Below are positions 39,033 through 47,242 of a stretch of 48,938 bases of DNA, piece after piece (within the stretch, counting starts at the first letter, position 1; each line of letters opens with the position of its first letter). Source of the stretch: Eubacteriales bacterium (GTDB lineage: Bacteria > Bacillota > Clostridia > Oscillospirales > UBA644); contig JAZRUJ010000065.1 in assembly GCA_045652445.1 (NCBI GenBank), positions 1-48,938 of the forward strand, read 5' to 3'. The position numbers and the translations under genes were made by a program. The notes beneath the pieces were generated by a model. That model saw nothing but the letters and a program-made list of their open reading frames with translations, did no database searches and was not told where the DNA came from.

Positions 39033-39108
39033 TTTGACATTTAGTAAATGTCATTTATGTGCACATTATAGCATATAATAAAAGAAATGTCAAGCACTAA
39101 ATGTCAAA
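39033..39108. promoter_or_regulatory. Divergent control region with repeated TGACATTT/AAATGTCA sites and a minus-strand sigma-A promoter
   Basis: Palindrome TGACATTTA-G-TAAATGTCA (39035-39053), further AAATGTCA at 39085 and 39099; TTGACA-N17-TATAAT on the minus strand (39093-39065). Confidence 0.75.
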
Positions 39109-39121
39109 TTGGGAGAAAAAA

Positions 39122-39382
39122 ATGTTTATAAATAAAACAAAGAGCGGAAAAAATAACGTTTGCGGTGAAAATATTGCAAAATTCCGCACCGAATTAAACC
39201 TTTCACAACGGAAACTTGCCGACCGATTACAAGTGATTGGTCTAGATGTAGATAAAAACGCAATTCAACGAATGGAATCGGGGCAACGATTCATTACGGA
39301 TATTGAACTTATTTATCTTGCAAAAGCATTGAACCGCCCTATTTTGGAGCTGTTTGATTTTCATGCAGTAGACTGTAAATAA
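39122..39382 (+). CDS. XRE family helix-turn-helix regulator
   Basis: GENIAKFRTELNLSQRKLA...IQRMESGQRFITDIELIYLAKAL. Confidence 0.9.
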   Translation: MFINKTKSGKNNVCGENIAKFRTELNLSQRKLADRLQVIGLDVDKNAIQRMESGQRFITDIELIYLAKALNRPILELFDFHAVDCK

Positions 39383-39384
39383 TA

Positions 39385-39428
39385 AAACGAGGTGCATACC
39401 ACAAGTGTGATATGCACCTTAATTTTTT
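39385..39428. terminator. Bidirectional terminator (XRE / potD)
   Basis: AGGTGCATA...TATGCACCT with T-rich runs on both strands. Confidence 0.65.
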
Positions 39429-39529
39429 ATTTCTCACGATGCAGAATTGCATCGGGCTTTGGCTTTTCTTTCGGTTTCTTTCTTTTCTCCTGAAAAGAAA
39501 GAAACAACGTTCTTCCACACAAAACTAAC

Positions 39530-40999
39530 CTACTTCTGCTTGCTGAGCCATTCCTTGTGGCGGCGGGCGGAGTCCCGTTTGGGTTTGGTGAACCACAACA
39601 GAATCAGGCAACCACCGACCAGAATGGCGATAAACATCATCAGAAGTCCTACGGAAATATCGTTGGCTTTGAATTGGGACCACATGGTCAAAACCGCGTC
39701 GTTCCGATCCCCGAAGTCACGCATGATAAAGCAACGGTCTACCACTTCTTTTTCGGGATATTGGGCGGAGAACTGACGTCCGATTTCTGCCGTCTGAACC
39801 AAAACTTTCCCGTCCTCGGTATAATAATCTTCGGACAGGGTTCCGTCGAAATAATAGGTCAGATCCACGGTATATTCCCCTTCGTCGTCCCCGTACCAAT
39901 CCTGAATCAAATCAAAGATTTCATCTCCGGCAACGATGCTGGTATATCCAATAAATTCCATATTCCGAGCCGCAACGGTAGGCTGACAGAGATAGTTGAC
40001 GAAATCCTGGGCCAATTCGGTGTTAGCACCCTTGGGCATAACCCAACCATCGAACCAAACCGAGCCGCCGTCCTCGGGGACGGAGAAGTTGAGGATTACG
40101 CCGTCTTCTTCCTCCGCAAGATCCATGGAATAGACTGCGTCTCCCGACCAAGCCTGATTGATGTCGATCTTACCCGAAACGATATCGCTCTTGCCACTGT
40201 CCACTTCCAGACCGTAAATGTTCTGCTTCAGGGATTTCAACGCGGCACCTGCGGCGGCGATGGTGGCGTCGTCGGTGCGATTCATCAAATTGCCAAGGGC
40301 GGTGCGATATTCCTGCAAGGTTACGCTGCCGTTATCCAGCCGCTGATTCCAAGAGGCGATTTCGTCTTTATATGCAAAGACCACCGCGGGAATGTAGGCG
40401 TCCCGGACGGAATCTTTGATGGTGATGCGGTTTTGGTAATCCGAATCCCACAGAATATCCCAAGATCGGGTATCTTCCGGGTCAACGGCGGAGGGATTGT
40501 AGATAATGCCAACCGTTCCCCACATATAGCCCACGGAATAGGCCTCAAAGCCGTTCTCTTCAAAGACCTGCTTGATGTAGGGAGAAGCGTATCGATTATA
40601 ATTTTCCAACTTGGAATAATCAAACTTTTCCAGAGCTATATTGTCGTCGGTACCGTTTTCCGTAGCAGCGATCATTTTTTGGATCACGTAATCGGAGGGA
40701 CAAACAAGATCGTACTGGGATTTCCCTGTTTTGAGGGTGTTGAGCATGGTCTCGTTGGTCTCGAACGTATCGTATTGCACGTTGACTTTTACGCCGGTGC
40801 GAGCATAATAATCGTTTGCCCAATCTTCCATAACGGAGGGAACGACTTTGGTGCCATTTTCATCGGTACCGTCGTCGATGTAATCCTGCCAGTTATAGAC
40901 CCGCAAAGTTACTTCTGCGGCAGAAAACGTCATGCCGGCAGCGGAAAACAGGGACAAAAACAACGAAAAAAATAGGAGTAAAGACAGAATCTTTTTCAT
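39530..40999 (-). CDS. potD: Spermidine/putrescine ABC transporter substrate-binding protein with C-terminal TM anchor
   Basis: VYNWQDYI, FETNETM, YDLVCPSDY, YMWGTVGIIYN, AWSGDA, WFDGWVMP. Confidence 0.9.
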   Translation of the reverse strand: MKKILSLLLFFSLFLSLFSAAGMTFSAAEVTLRVYNWQDYIDDGTDENGTKVVPSVMEDWANDYYARTGVKVNVQYDTFETNETMLNTLKTGKSQYDLVCPSDYVIQKMIAATENGTDDNIALEKFDYSKLENYNRYASPYIKQVFEENGFEAYSVGYMWGTVGIIYNPSAVDPEDTRSWDILWDSDYQNRITIKDSVRDAYIPAVVFAYKDEIASWNQRLDNGSVTLQEYRTALGNLMNRTDDATIAAAGAALKSLKQNIYGLEVDSGKSDIVSGKIDINQAWSGDAVYSMDLAEEEDGVILNFSVPEDGGSVWFDGWVMPKGANTELAQDFVNYLCQPTVAARNMEFIGYTSIVAGDEIFDLIQDWYGDDEGEYTVDLTYYFDGTLSEDYYTEDGKVLVQTAEIGRQFSAQYPEKEVVDRCFIMRDFGDRNDAVLTMWSQFKANDISVGLLMMFIAILVGGCLILLWFTKPKRDSARRHKEWLSKQK

Positions 41000-41793
41000 C
41001 GTTTGCCACGCTCCTTTCCTTTCCGGTTGCGAAGATTTATGACGATTAAGAAAATCAGAGCCACCACAAAGATCAGAGTGGTCAACGCCCGAAGCGTGGG
41101 AGGCAACGTTCCCTTTTTGCTGGTAACCCCGTAAACGTAGGTGGAAAGCGTGGTAAAGGACGTATCCCGTGTAAAGGCGGTGATGATATAATCGTCCAAA
41201 GACAAGGTAACAGACAATAAAAACCCGCTGAAGATCCCCGGCATAATTTCGGGAAGCACAATTTTACGGAGAGCCTGGGAGGGCTTGGAGCCAAGATCCA
41301 AAGCGGCTTCGTAAATATTGGGGTCCATCTGTTGTAGTTTAGGATTGATACTCAACACCACGAAGGGCAGCGTGAGAACCACGTGTCCGATCAACAGAGT
41401 GATAAAGTTAAACTGTACGCCAAAATACACAAACAAAACCGTCAAGGAAAGGGCGGTTACGATTTCCGCATTCATAATGGGAATTTGGGAAACCCCTTCC
41501 AAGGCGTTTTTCATCTTTTTTCCGCTGTAGTGAATGCCGATGGCACCGGCAGTTCCAAGCACGGTGGAAACGGCGGCGGAAGCAAGGGCAACGATGATGG
41601 TATTGACCACGGCGGTAACGATTTCTTTGTTCTTAAATAAATCGGGATACAAATCCAAAGAAAATCCCGTCCAAGAGCCGATAACCTTAGCTTCCGTAAA
41701 GGAAAATACCATTAAGACCAAGATGGGAGCGTACATCAAAAAGAGCATAATACCCACGTAAAGACGGGCAAGGATACGGGTAGATTTTTTCAC
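40996..41793 (-). CDS. potC: Spermidine/putrescine ABC permease
   Basis: MYAPILVLMVFSF, EAALDLG, SLDDYIIT; GTG start overlapping the potB stop. Confidence 0.92.
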   Translation of the reverse strand: MKKSTRILARLYVGIMLFLMYAPILVLMVFSFTEAKVIGSWTGFSLDLYPDLFKNKEIVTAVVNTIIVALASAAVSTVLGTAGAIGIHYSGKKMKNALEGVSQIPIMNAEIVTALSLTVLFVYFGVQFNFITLLIGHVVLTLPFVVLSINPKLQQMDPNIYEAALDLGSKPSQALRKIVLPEIMPGIFSGFLLSVTLSLDDYIITAFTRDTSFTTLSTYVYGVTSKKGTLPPTLRALTTLIFVVALIFLIVINLRNRKGKERGKR

Positions 41794-42587
41794 AGCATCG
41801 TACCTCTGACATCGTCTTCTTTCTGTACGTTCTTGGTAGCGAACATACCCACGGCAATCAAAAGCAGCATGACCATCGCCACGATACTGCCCATGTGCCA
41901 CAAGCCCTGATCAAAATACAACTGAATGCTGTTTCCGATCAATGATAATTTCCGTTCCCCCATAACGTCGCTGATAACGTAAGACGACATGGTGGGCATA
42001 AAGACCATGGTTGCCGCCGAAACAATGCCGGGGGCAGTCATGGGAAGAATCACTTTTACAAAAGTCTGCAAGGGACGGGCACCCAGATCGGAGGAGGCTT
42101 CGATCTGACTGTAGTCCAACTTGGTCATGGTGGTATACAGGGGAAGGATCACGAAAGGCAAATAGTTGTAAACCATACCGATCATGGTGCAAATATAGGG
42201 GTGTTCCCCGCCGTTCAACCCAAGCCAATACAGAAGATCACGGGTAGCGGCGGTACGGAGAACGAAATTGATCCACATAGGCATGATAAACAGAAGCATC
42301 ATGACTCCGGGCATTTTCATATCCCGATGGGCAAGAAAATACGCTACGGGATAGCCGATCAAAAGGCAGATAACCGTATTTGCAGCTCCGATGATAAAGG
42401 AAACGAGAATGGTATTGATATTGGAGGCACTCCCAAACAAGGAGGTAAGGTTATTGAACGTAAAATTCCCTTGGGAATCGGTAAAGGCATACCCGAGAAT
42501 CAACACCAGGGGAATAATCACAAACAAAACCATAAACACCGCGTAAGGAAAGGCGAGCCATTTACGGGTGAATTTAATTCTTGACAT
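41790..42587 (-). CDS. potB: Spermidine/putrescine ABC permease
   Basis: [36 protein letters not shown]. Confidence 0.92.
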   Translation of the reverse strand: MSRIKFTRKWLAFPYAVFMVLFVIIPLVLILGYAFTDSQGNFTFNNLTSLFGSASNINTILVSFIIGAANTVICLLIGYPVAYFLAHRDMKMPGVMMLLFIMPMWINFVLRTAATRDLLYWLGLNGGEHPYICTMIGMVYNYLPFVILPLYTTMTKLDYSQIEASSDLGARPLQTFVKVILPMTAPGIVSAATMVFMPTMSSYVISDVMGERKLSLIGNSIQLYFDQGLWHMGSIVAMVMLLLIAVGMFATKNVQKEDDVRGTML

Positions 42588-44091
42588 ACTTCGACGCCTC
42601 CCCACGCAGTTTGAGACGGATTTTGTCCGCGGGGATATTAACCGAAACCCGGTCGTCTTCGTTCCAGGTGTATTCCGTATCCACCACGAAATCTTCGTCG
42701 TCTTCGGTGCGGATAATAACCTGGTAGTGGTTGCCCAGATAGATCATGGAAACAATCTTTCCGCAAACAACACCGCCGTCTTCGTTGTCAATAATTTCGA
42801 TATCGGGGAATGCCACGTCGGCAAAAACGTCGGCGTCTTTGAAATCATATTTTTTACCGTCGGGAGCAATCACGTATCCCTCTTCGTCCAATTTGGAACC
42901 GGGAATAAGCTGCGTTACGTCGCAATCAAATGCACCTCCGGCGATGATGACCCGGTTATCGTTGTCGATATAGGCATCGTCGTAAACGTTGGAGAGCATC
43001 TCTTTTTTCATGATATGGATCAGATCGGGGGCAATATTGACCCCCACGGGGATCCCGGTCTCCATGCTTTCGGTGGATTGAATGGTGACCTCGTTGCGTC
43101 CCACCATCATGATGTATTCGTAGTGAATGCCCTTGAATACTTTTTGAGTCAAAATACCGTCGATCATACCCTTGCCCGGCTCGGCAAATTTTACGTCTTC
43201 GGGGCGGACGACTACGTTGACCTTTTCGTTGGCGGGAAAATCGTCAACGCACTCAAAAATATGATTCAAGAAACGAACCTTACGGTTGCCCATATAGGTG
43301 CCTTCGTACAGATTGCTTTCGCCGATAAAGTCGGCAACAAAGGCATTTTTCGGCTCGTTATAAATATCTTCGGGGGTACCGATCTGCTGAATGCAGCCGT
43401 CTTTCATGACCACAATGGTGTCCGACATGGTCAACGCTTCTTCCTGGTCATGGGTAACGTAAATAAAGGTAATGCCCAATTTCCGGTGCATTTCCTTTAG
43501 TTCCAACTGCATCTCTTTCCGCATCTTCAGGTCCAAGGCACCCAAAGGTTCATCCAGTAGCAGGATTTGAGGTTCGTTGACAATGGCACGGGCGATGGCA
43601 ATACGCTGTTGCTGACCGCCGGACAGGGTAGTAATATCCCGCCATTCAAATTCTTCTAGGTCGACGATCTTCAAGGCTTCGGTTACCTTTTTCGAAATTT
43701 CAGCCTTGGTCAGTTTGCGGTATTTGGTAATTTTATTTCCGTTACGATCGGTAGTTTCGTAGGGAATCCGCTTCAACTTCAACCCAAACGCCACGTTATC
43801 GTACACGTCCAAATGAGGGAACAATGCGTACTTTTGGAAGACCGTATTGACCGGTCGTTCGTAAGGAGGAAGTACGGAAATATCTTCCCCGTTCAAAAGA
43901 ATTTTCCCCTCGGAGGGATGCTCAAACCCGGCAATCATCCGTAGGGTTGTGGTCTTTCCGCATCCGGAAGGACCGAGGAACGAAACAAATTCGCCTTTTT
44001 TTACGTAGAAATTAAAATTTTCTACCGCGGTGGTTTCATTGTAGACCTTTGAAACTCCTACCAGTTCAATGATGACATTTTCCTTTTTCAT
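42574..44091 (-). CDS. potA: Spermidine/putrescine ABC ATPase with extended C-terminus
   Basis: [55 protein letters not shown]; TOBE-like segments occur twice. Confidence 0.93.
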   Translation of the reverse strand: MKKENVIIELVGVSKVYNETTAVENFNFYVKKGEFVSFLGPSGCGKTTTLRMIAGFEHPSEGKILLNGEDISVLPPYERPVNTVFQKYALFPHLDVYDNVAFGLKLKRIPYETTDRNGNKITKYRKLTKAEISKKVTEALKIVDLEEFEWRDITTLSGGQQQRIAIARAIVNEPQILLLDEPLGALDLKMRKEMQLELKEMHRKLGITFIYVTHDQEEALTMSDTIVVMKDGCIQQIGTPEDIYNEPKNAFVADFIGESNLYEGTYMGNRKVRFLNHIFECVDDFPANEKVNVVVRPEDVKFAEPGKGMIDGILTQKVFKGIHYEYIMMVGRNEVTIQSTESMETGIPVGVNIAPDLIHIMKKEMLSNVYDDAYIDNDNRVIIAGGAFDCDVTQLIPGSKLDEEGYVIAPDGKKYDFKDADVFADVAFPDIEIIDNEDGGVVCGKIVSMIYLGNHYQVIIRTEDDEDFVVDTEYTWNEDDRVSVNIPADKIRLKLRGEASKYVKN

Positions 44092-44435
44092 GTTCACCAC
44101 TCCAAAAAAAGAATTTTGCTTCTTTCAATCCTTTCTTCGCCGCAGTATTGAATAATCCTTCGTCCTTTTGGCTGCGTTTCCAAGAGTGATATTATATATA
44201 TAATATCGCTCTTCCAACTATATTTTTAAGTAAGCAACATAAGAGTACCATCTATCTATGACAAAACAATGTCAAATAGACAAATTTTTTCGCTCGTTTT
44301 GTCAATTTTTTCACCTCAAGCCCCAGAAAATCCCAGCAAAGGTTTTTCCCGAAACAAAAGAACCTTTGCTTTCGAGAATTTCCCCAAATTTTCCGCTGTG
44401 ATTTGTGAATTTAATATTACATTCTTAAAAAACGC

Positions 44436-44464
44436 TTGCATTTTCGAAAAAACTGTGCTATACT
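44436..44464 (+). promoter_or_regulatory. Sigma-A promoter of tRNA-Arg
   Basis: TTGCAT-N17-TATACT with TG extension. Confidence 0.75.
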
Positions 44465-44499
44465 ATCTCGAGGAAATTGTTTTCCCCAACTTAATATAT

Positions 44500-44576
44500 G
44501 TACCCGTAGCTCAGCTGGATAGAGTGTCAGACTCCGACTCTGAAGGTCGAAGGTTCGAATCCTTTCGGGTACGCCA
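44500..44576 (+). tRNA. tRNA-Arg(CCG)
   Basis: GTACCCG/CGGGTAC acceptor, D-loop with A20, TCAGA-CTCCGAC-TCTGA anticodon arm, GTTCGAAT, G73 and encoded CCA. Confidence 0.96.
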
Positions 44577-44579
44577 GAT

Positions 44580-44606
44580 AAAACCTCGTCTTTGGACGAG
44601 GTTTTA
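44580..44606 (+). terminator. Hairpin after tRNA-Arg (short U tract)
   Basis: AAAACCTCGTC-TTTG-GACGAGGTTTT. Confidence 0.65.
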
Positions 44607-44648
44607 CAACTGAAATTTATAACTTTTCATAAAAAGGAAGTATCAATT

Positions 44649-45959
44649 ATGGCAACTACTCTGTTAGCCGTTTCCATCGCCCTGTTGGCAGGATTGTTAA
44701 TGACTCGGCTGTTCAAACCTTTGAAATTGCCCTCGGTTACTGCATATCTGATTGCAGGCGTGTTGGTAGGTCCCCACTTTTTGGGCATGCTCCATCAAGA
44801 AGGGATCGGCTTTACCTCCCACGAAGGGCTGGAAGGCTTTGCCCTGATTTCCGAAGTTGCTCTGGGATTTATCGCCTTTTCTATTGGCAGTGAATTCCGG
44901 GTATCCGAACTGAAAAAGACCGGAAAACAGGCGACGATCATCGGGATTTTCCAAGCCTTGGTGGCCACGTTGTTTGTAGATTTGGCATTGTACGGACTAC
45001 ATCTTTTGATGCCGGAAATTCTCCCCCTTCCCACGGTATTGGTTTTGGGGGCCATCGCAACGGCAACCGCTCCGGCGGCGACGTTGATGGTGGTTCGGCA
45101 GTATAAAGCAAAAGGACCTTTGACAAAGTTACTGCTGCCCATCGTTGCCTTGGACGACGCAGTAGGGCTTGTGGTTTTTGCCGTATCCTTTGGAATCGCA
45201 AGAGCCTTGGCAAGCGGATCGGTGGATTTGATTTCCATTCTGGTAAATCCCCTGGTGGAAATTGCGGCATCCCTGATTCTCGGGGCTATTATGGGTGTGA
45301 TCTTGACCTATTTGGAAAAACTGTTTAATTCCAACACCAACCGTTTGAACCTGACCATCGCATTCGTTTTTATTACCGTTTCTCTTGCAATGATCGATTT
45401 CCACGTAGGGCCTGTACATATTCAGTTTTCTTCCCTGCTGGTCTGCATGATGTTGGGAACCGTATTCTGCAACATTTGTCCTTTGTCCCACGATCTGATG
45501 GAACGGGCAGACAAATGGACCTCTCCCATGTACGCGTTGTTTTTCGTGATCAGCGGTGCGGAATTGAATCTGAACATTTTAACAAACGGATTCGTCGTTC
45601 TTGCCGGTGTAGTTTATATCATTACTCGATCTGCCGGTAAATATTTGGGAACTTTGGGAAGTGCAAAACTCACCAAGTGCCAACCTCAAATTTGCAAATA
45701 TTTGGGAATTACCCTATTGCCTCAAGCGGGCGTTGCCTTGGGAATGTGTACCATTGCCGCCTCTACCCCGGAATTGGGGGCGAGCGGACCGATCATTCGG
45801 AACATTACCTTATTTGCCGTATTAATTTACGAACTGTTCGGACCTGTATTTACGAGAATGGCACTGCAAGCTGCAGGAGAAATTACGCCCATTTCCGAGG
45901 ATGTAAAAAACCGTCGCCATCACAAACTCAATCAGGCAAAAGACATGGCGGGGAAATAA
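44649..45959 (+). CDS. Cation:proton antiporter (CPA2-like)
   Basis: LPSVTAYLIAGVLVGP, IAFSIGSEF, ATAPAAT, VALDDA, FFVISGA, LLPQAGVALG; about 12 TM. Confidence 0.9.
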   Translation: MATTLLAVSIALLAGLLMTRLFKPLKLPSVTAYLIAGVLVGPHFLGMLHQEGIGFTSHEGLEGFALISEVALGFIAFSIGSEFRVSELKKTGKQATIIGIFQALVATLFVDLALYGLHLLMPEILPLPTVLVLGAIATATAPAATLMVVRQYKAKGPLTKLLLPIVALDDAVGLVVFAVSFGIARALASGSVDLISILVNPLVEIAASLILGAIMGVILTYLEKLFNSNTNRLNLTIAFVFITVSLAMIDFHVGPVHIQFSSLLVCMMLGTVFCNICPLSHDLMERADKWTSPMYALFFVISGAELNLNILTNGFVVLAGVVYIITRSAGKYLGTLGSAKLTKCQPQICKYLGITLLPQAGVALGMCTIAASTPELGASGPIIRNITLFAVLIYELFGPVFTRMALQAAGEITPISEDVKNRRHHKLNQAKDMAGK

Positions 45960-45975
45960 TGGATAAAAATTTTGT

Positions 45976-46011
45976 GGGAGACTCTGGTTTAGAACCGAGT
46001 CTCCCCTTTTT
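45976..46011 (+). terminator. Intrinsic terminator
   Basis: GGGAGACTC...GAGTCTCCC followed by CTTTTT. Confidence 0.75.
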
Positions 46012-46059
46012 ACAGAAATATGAAAATCAAGACATTTCCAGGAAAATCCATGTTTTTTA

Positions 46060-46088
46060 TTGACAAAAAAACAGAATCGTGATACAAT
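46060..46088 (+). promoter_or_regulatory. Sigma-A promoter
   Basis: TTGACA-N17-TACAAT with TG extension. Confidence 0.75.
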
Positions 46089-46115
46089 AAAAAAAACGAT
46101 ATCGGAGAAACAAAG

Positions 46116-47171
46116 ATGCCTAAAAGAAGTTTGCAAACCGGCATTGCCTACCACGGAAACCGGATGCCTTCCCATTATCGGGACGACCTGAAAGAAATGG
46201 TTAAAGCAGACCTGGACATTGTGGTGCATATGCTTTCCCATACGGACTGGACCAGACATAAAACGGTAATGAAAGATATTTTTGCCATGACCGAAGAAGC
46301 GGGCATGGAAGTTTGGGTGGATAACTGGGGGTTGACCGGATCTCCCGGAGACCGTTCGCAATTTTTGTGCTTTAACCCCGGACATCATCGCTTGTTCAGC
46401 AACGGAGAACCCTGTCCTGACGTTTGTTTGAATAGCCCGGAATTCCGCCAATTTACAAAAGATTGGTTGGAAACGGTGGCGGAAATCGGCGGAAAGACCA
46501 TTTTCTGGGACGAACCCGCCCTCCATGCAAAACCCACGGAAGACGGACAAGGGCATTATTACACTTGTACCTGTCCCCGTTGCCAGAAAATATTCGAAGA
46601 ACGATACGGACGGAAAATGCCTTTGCTCTTGGATAAAGACACAGAACAATTCCGCACCGACACGATTATCGATTATTTCCGGGAAGTAACGGAATACAGC
46701 CATAAATTGGGTCTGAAAAACAACGTTGTGGTTATGTTGGGAGAACATTTGGGGCTGAATCTGGATTCGGTGGAACAAATCTGTTCATTGCCTTATATGG
46801 AAAACATCGGCTCCGATCCCTATTGGTACAAGCGTTCCGACACCGAATTTAATCCTTACGGATTAGTCTACGAGGGGACCAAGAAAAATTTGGATATTTG
46901 CCAACGGCATAACCGTGGGCATAATCTTTGGATTCAGACCTACGACGTTCCTCTGGGGCGGGAAGAAGAAATTATCGCCGCTACCGACGCTGCTTATGAT
47001 GCCGGGGCTCGTTGCATTCTTGCTTGGGGTTATCGGGGAAGTGAATCCAACTCCTACCGTGCCGACAACGCAGAACGCACTTGGGCAATAACAAAAGAAG
47101 CTTTCCGCCGCATTCGGGAACGGGAACGGAATGCAATCCTGGAAGAAAATCGTAAGAAGTTTTTGAAATAA
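46116..47171 (+). CDS. Hypothetical protein, probable TIM-barrel glycoside hydrolase-like fold
   Basis: Alternating beta/alpha pattern, CLNSPEF, FWDEP, CTCPRC, GSDPYW reminiscent of GH42-like barrels; no signal peptide. Confidence 0.55.
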   Translation: MPKRSLQTGIAYHGNRMPSHYRDDLKEMVKADLDIVVHMLSHTDWTRHKTVMKDIFAMTEEAGMEVWVDNWGLTGSPGDRSQFLCFNPGHHRLFSNGEPCPDVCLNSPEFRQFTKDWLETVAEIGGKTIFWDEPALHAKPTEDGQGHYYTCTCPRCQKIFEERYGRKMPLLLDKDTEQFRTDTIIDYFREVTEYSHKLGLKNNVVVMLGEHLGLNLDSVEQICSLPYMENIGSDPYWYKRSDTEFNPYGLVYEGTKKNLDICQRHNRGHNLWIQTYDVPLGREEEIIAATDAAYDAGARCILAWGYRGSESNSYRADNAERTWAITKEAFRRIRERERNAILEENRKKFLK

Positions 47172-47186
47172 ACGGTTTGCTTATAC

Positions 47187-47218
47187 AAAAAACGGATCTC
47201 TGTAGAGATCCGTTTTTT
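47187..47218. terminator. Bidirectional terminator
   Basis: AAAAAACGGATCTCT-GT-AGAGATCCGTTTTTT. Confidence 0.85.
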
Positions 47219-47242
47219 CTTATTTTTTTAAACCAATTCGAT

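Noticed and set aside
39557-40975. 472-aa plus-strand ORF (also 42568-43500, 30946-32034, 45822-46778)
   Set aside because: All lie antisense to well-supported genes; explained by codon bias
44066-44128. 20-codon TTG uORF overlapping the potA start
   Set aside because: SD-like AAAGGA directly abuts the TTG with no spacer; no other support
44500-44576. Possible CGG codon reassignment (reported in some Clostridia/Bacilli) via the CCG tRNA
   Set aside because: tRNA keeps Arg identity elements A20 and G73, and CGG encodes a conserved Arg in PrfA VQRVPETE
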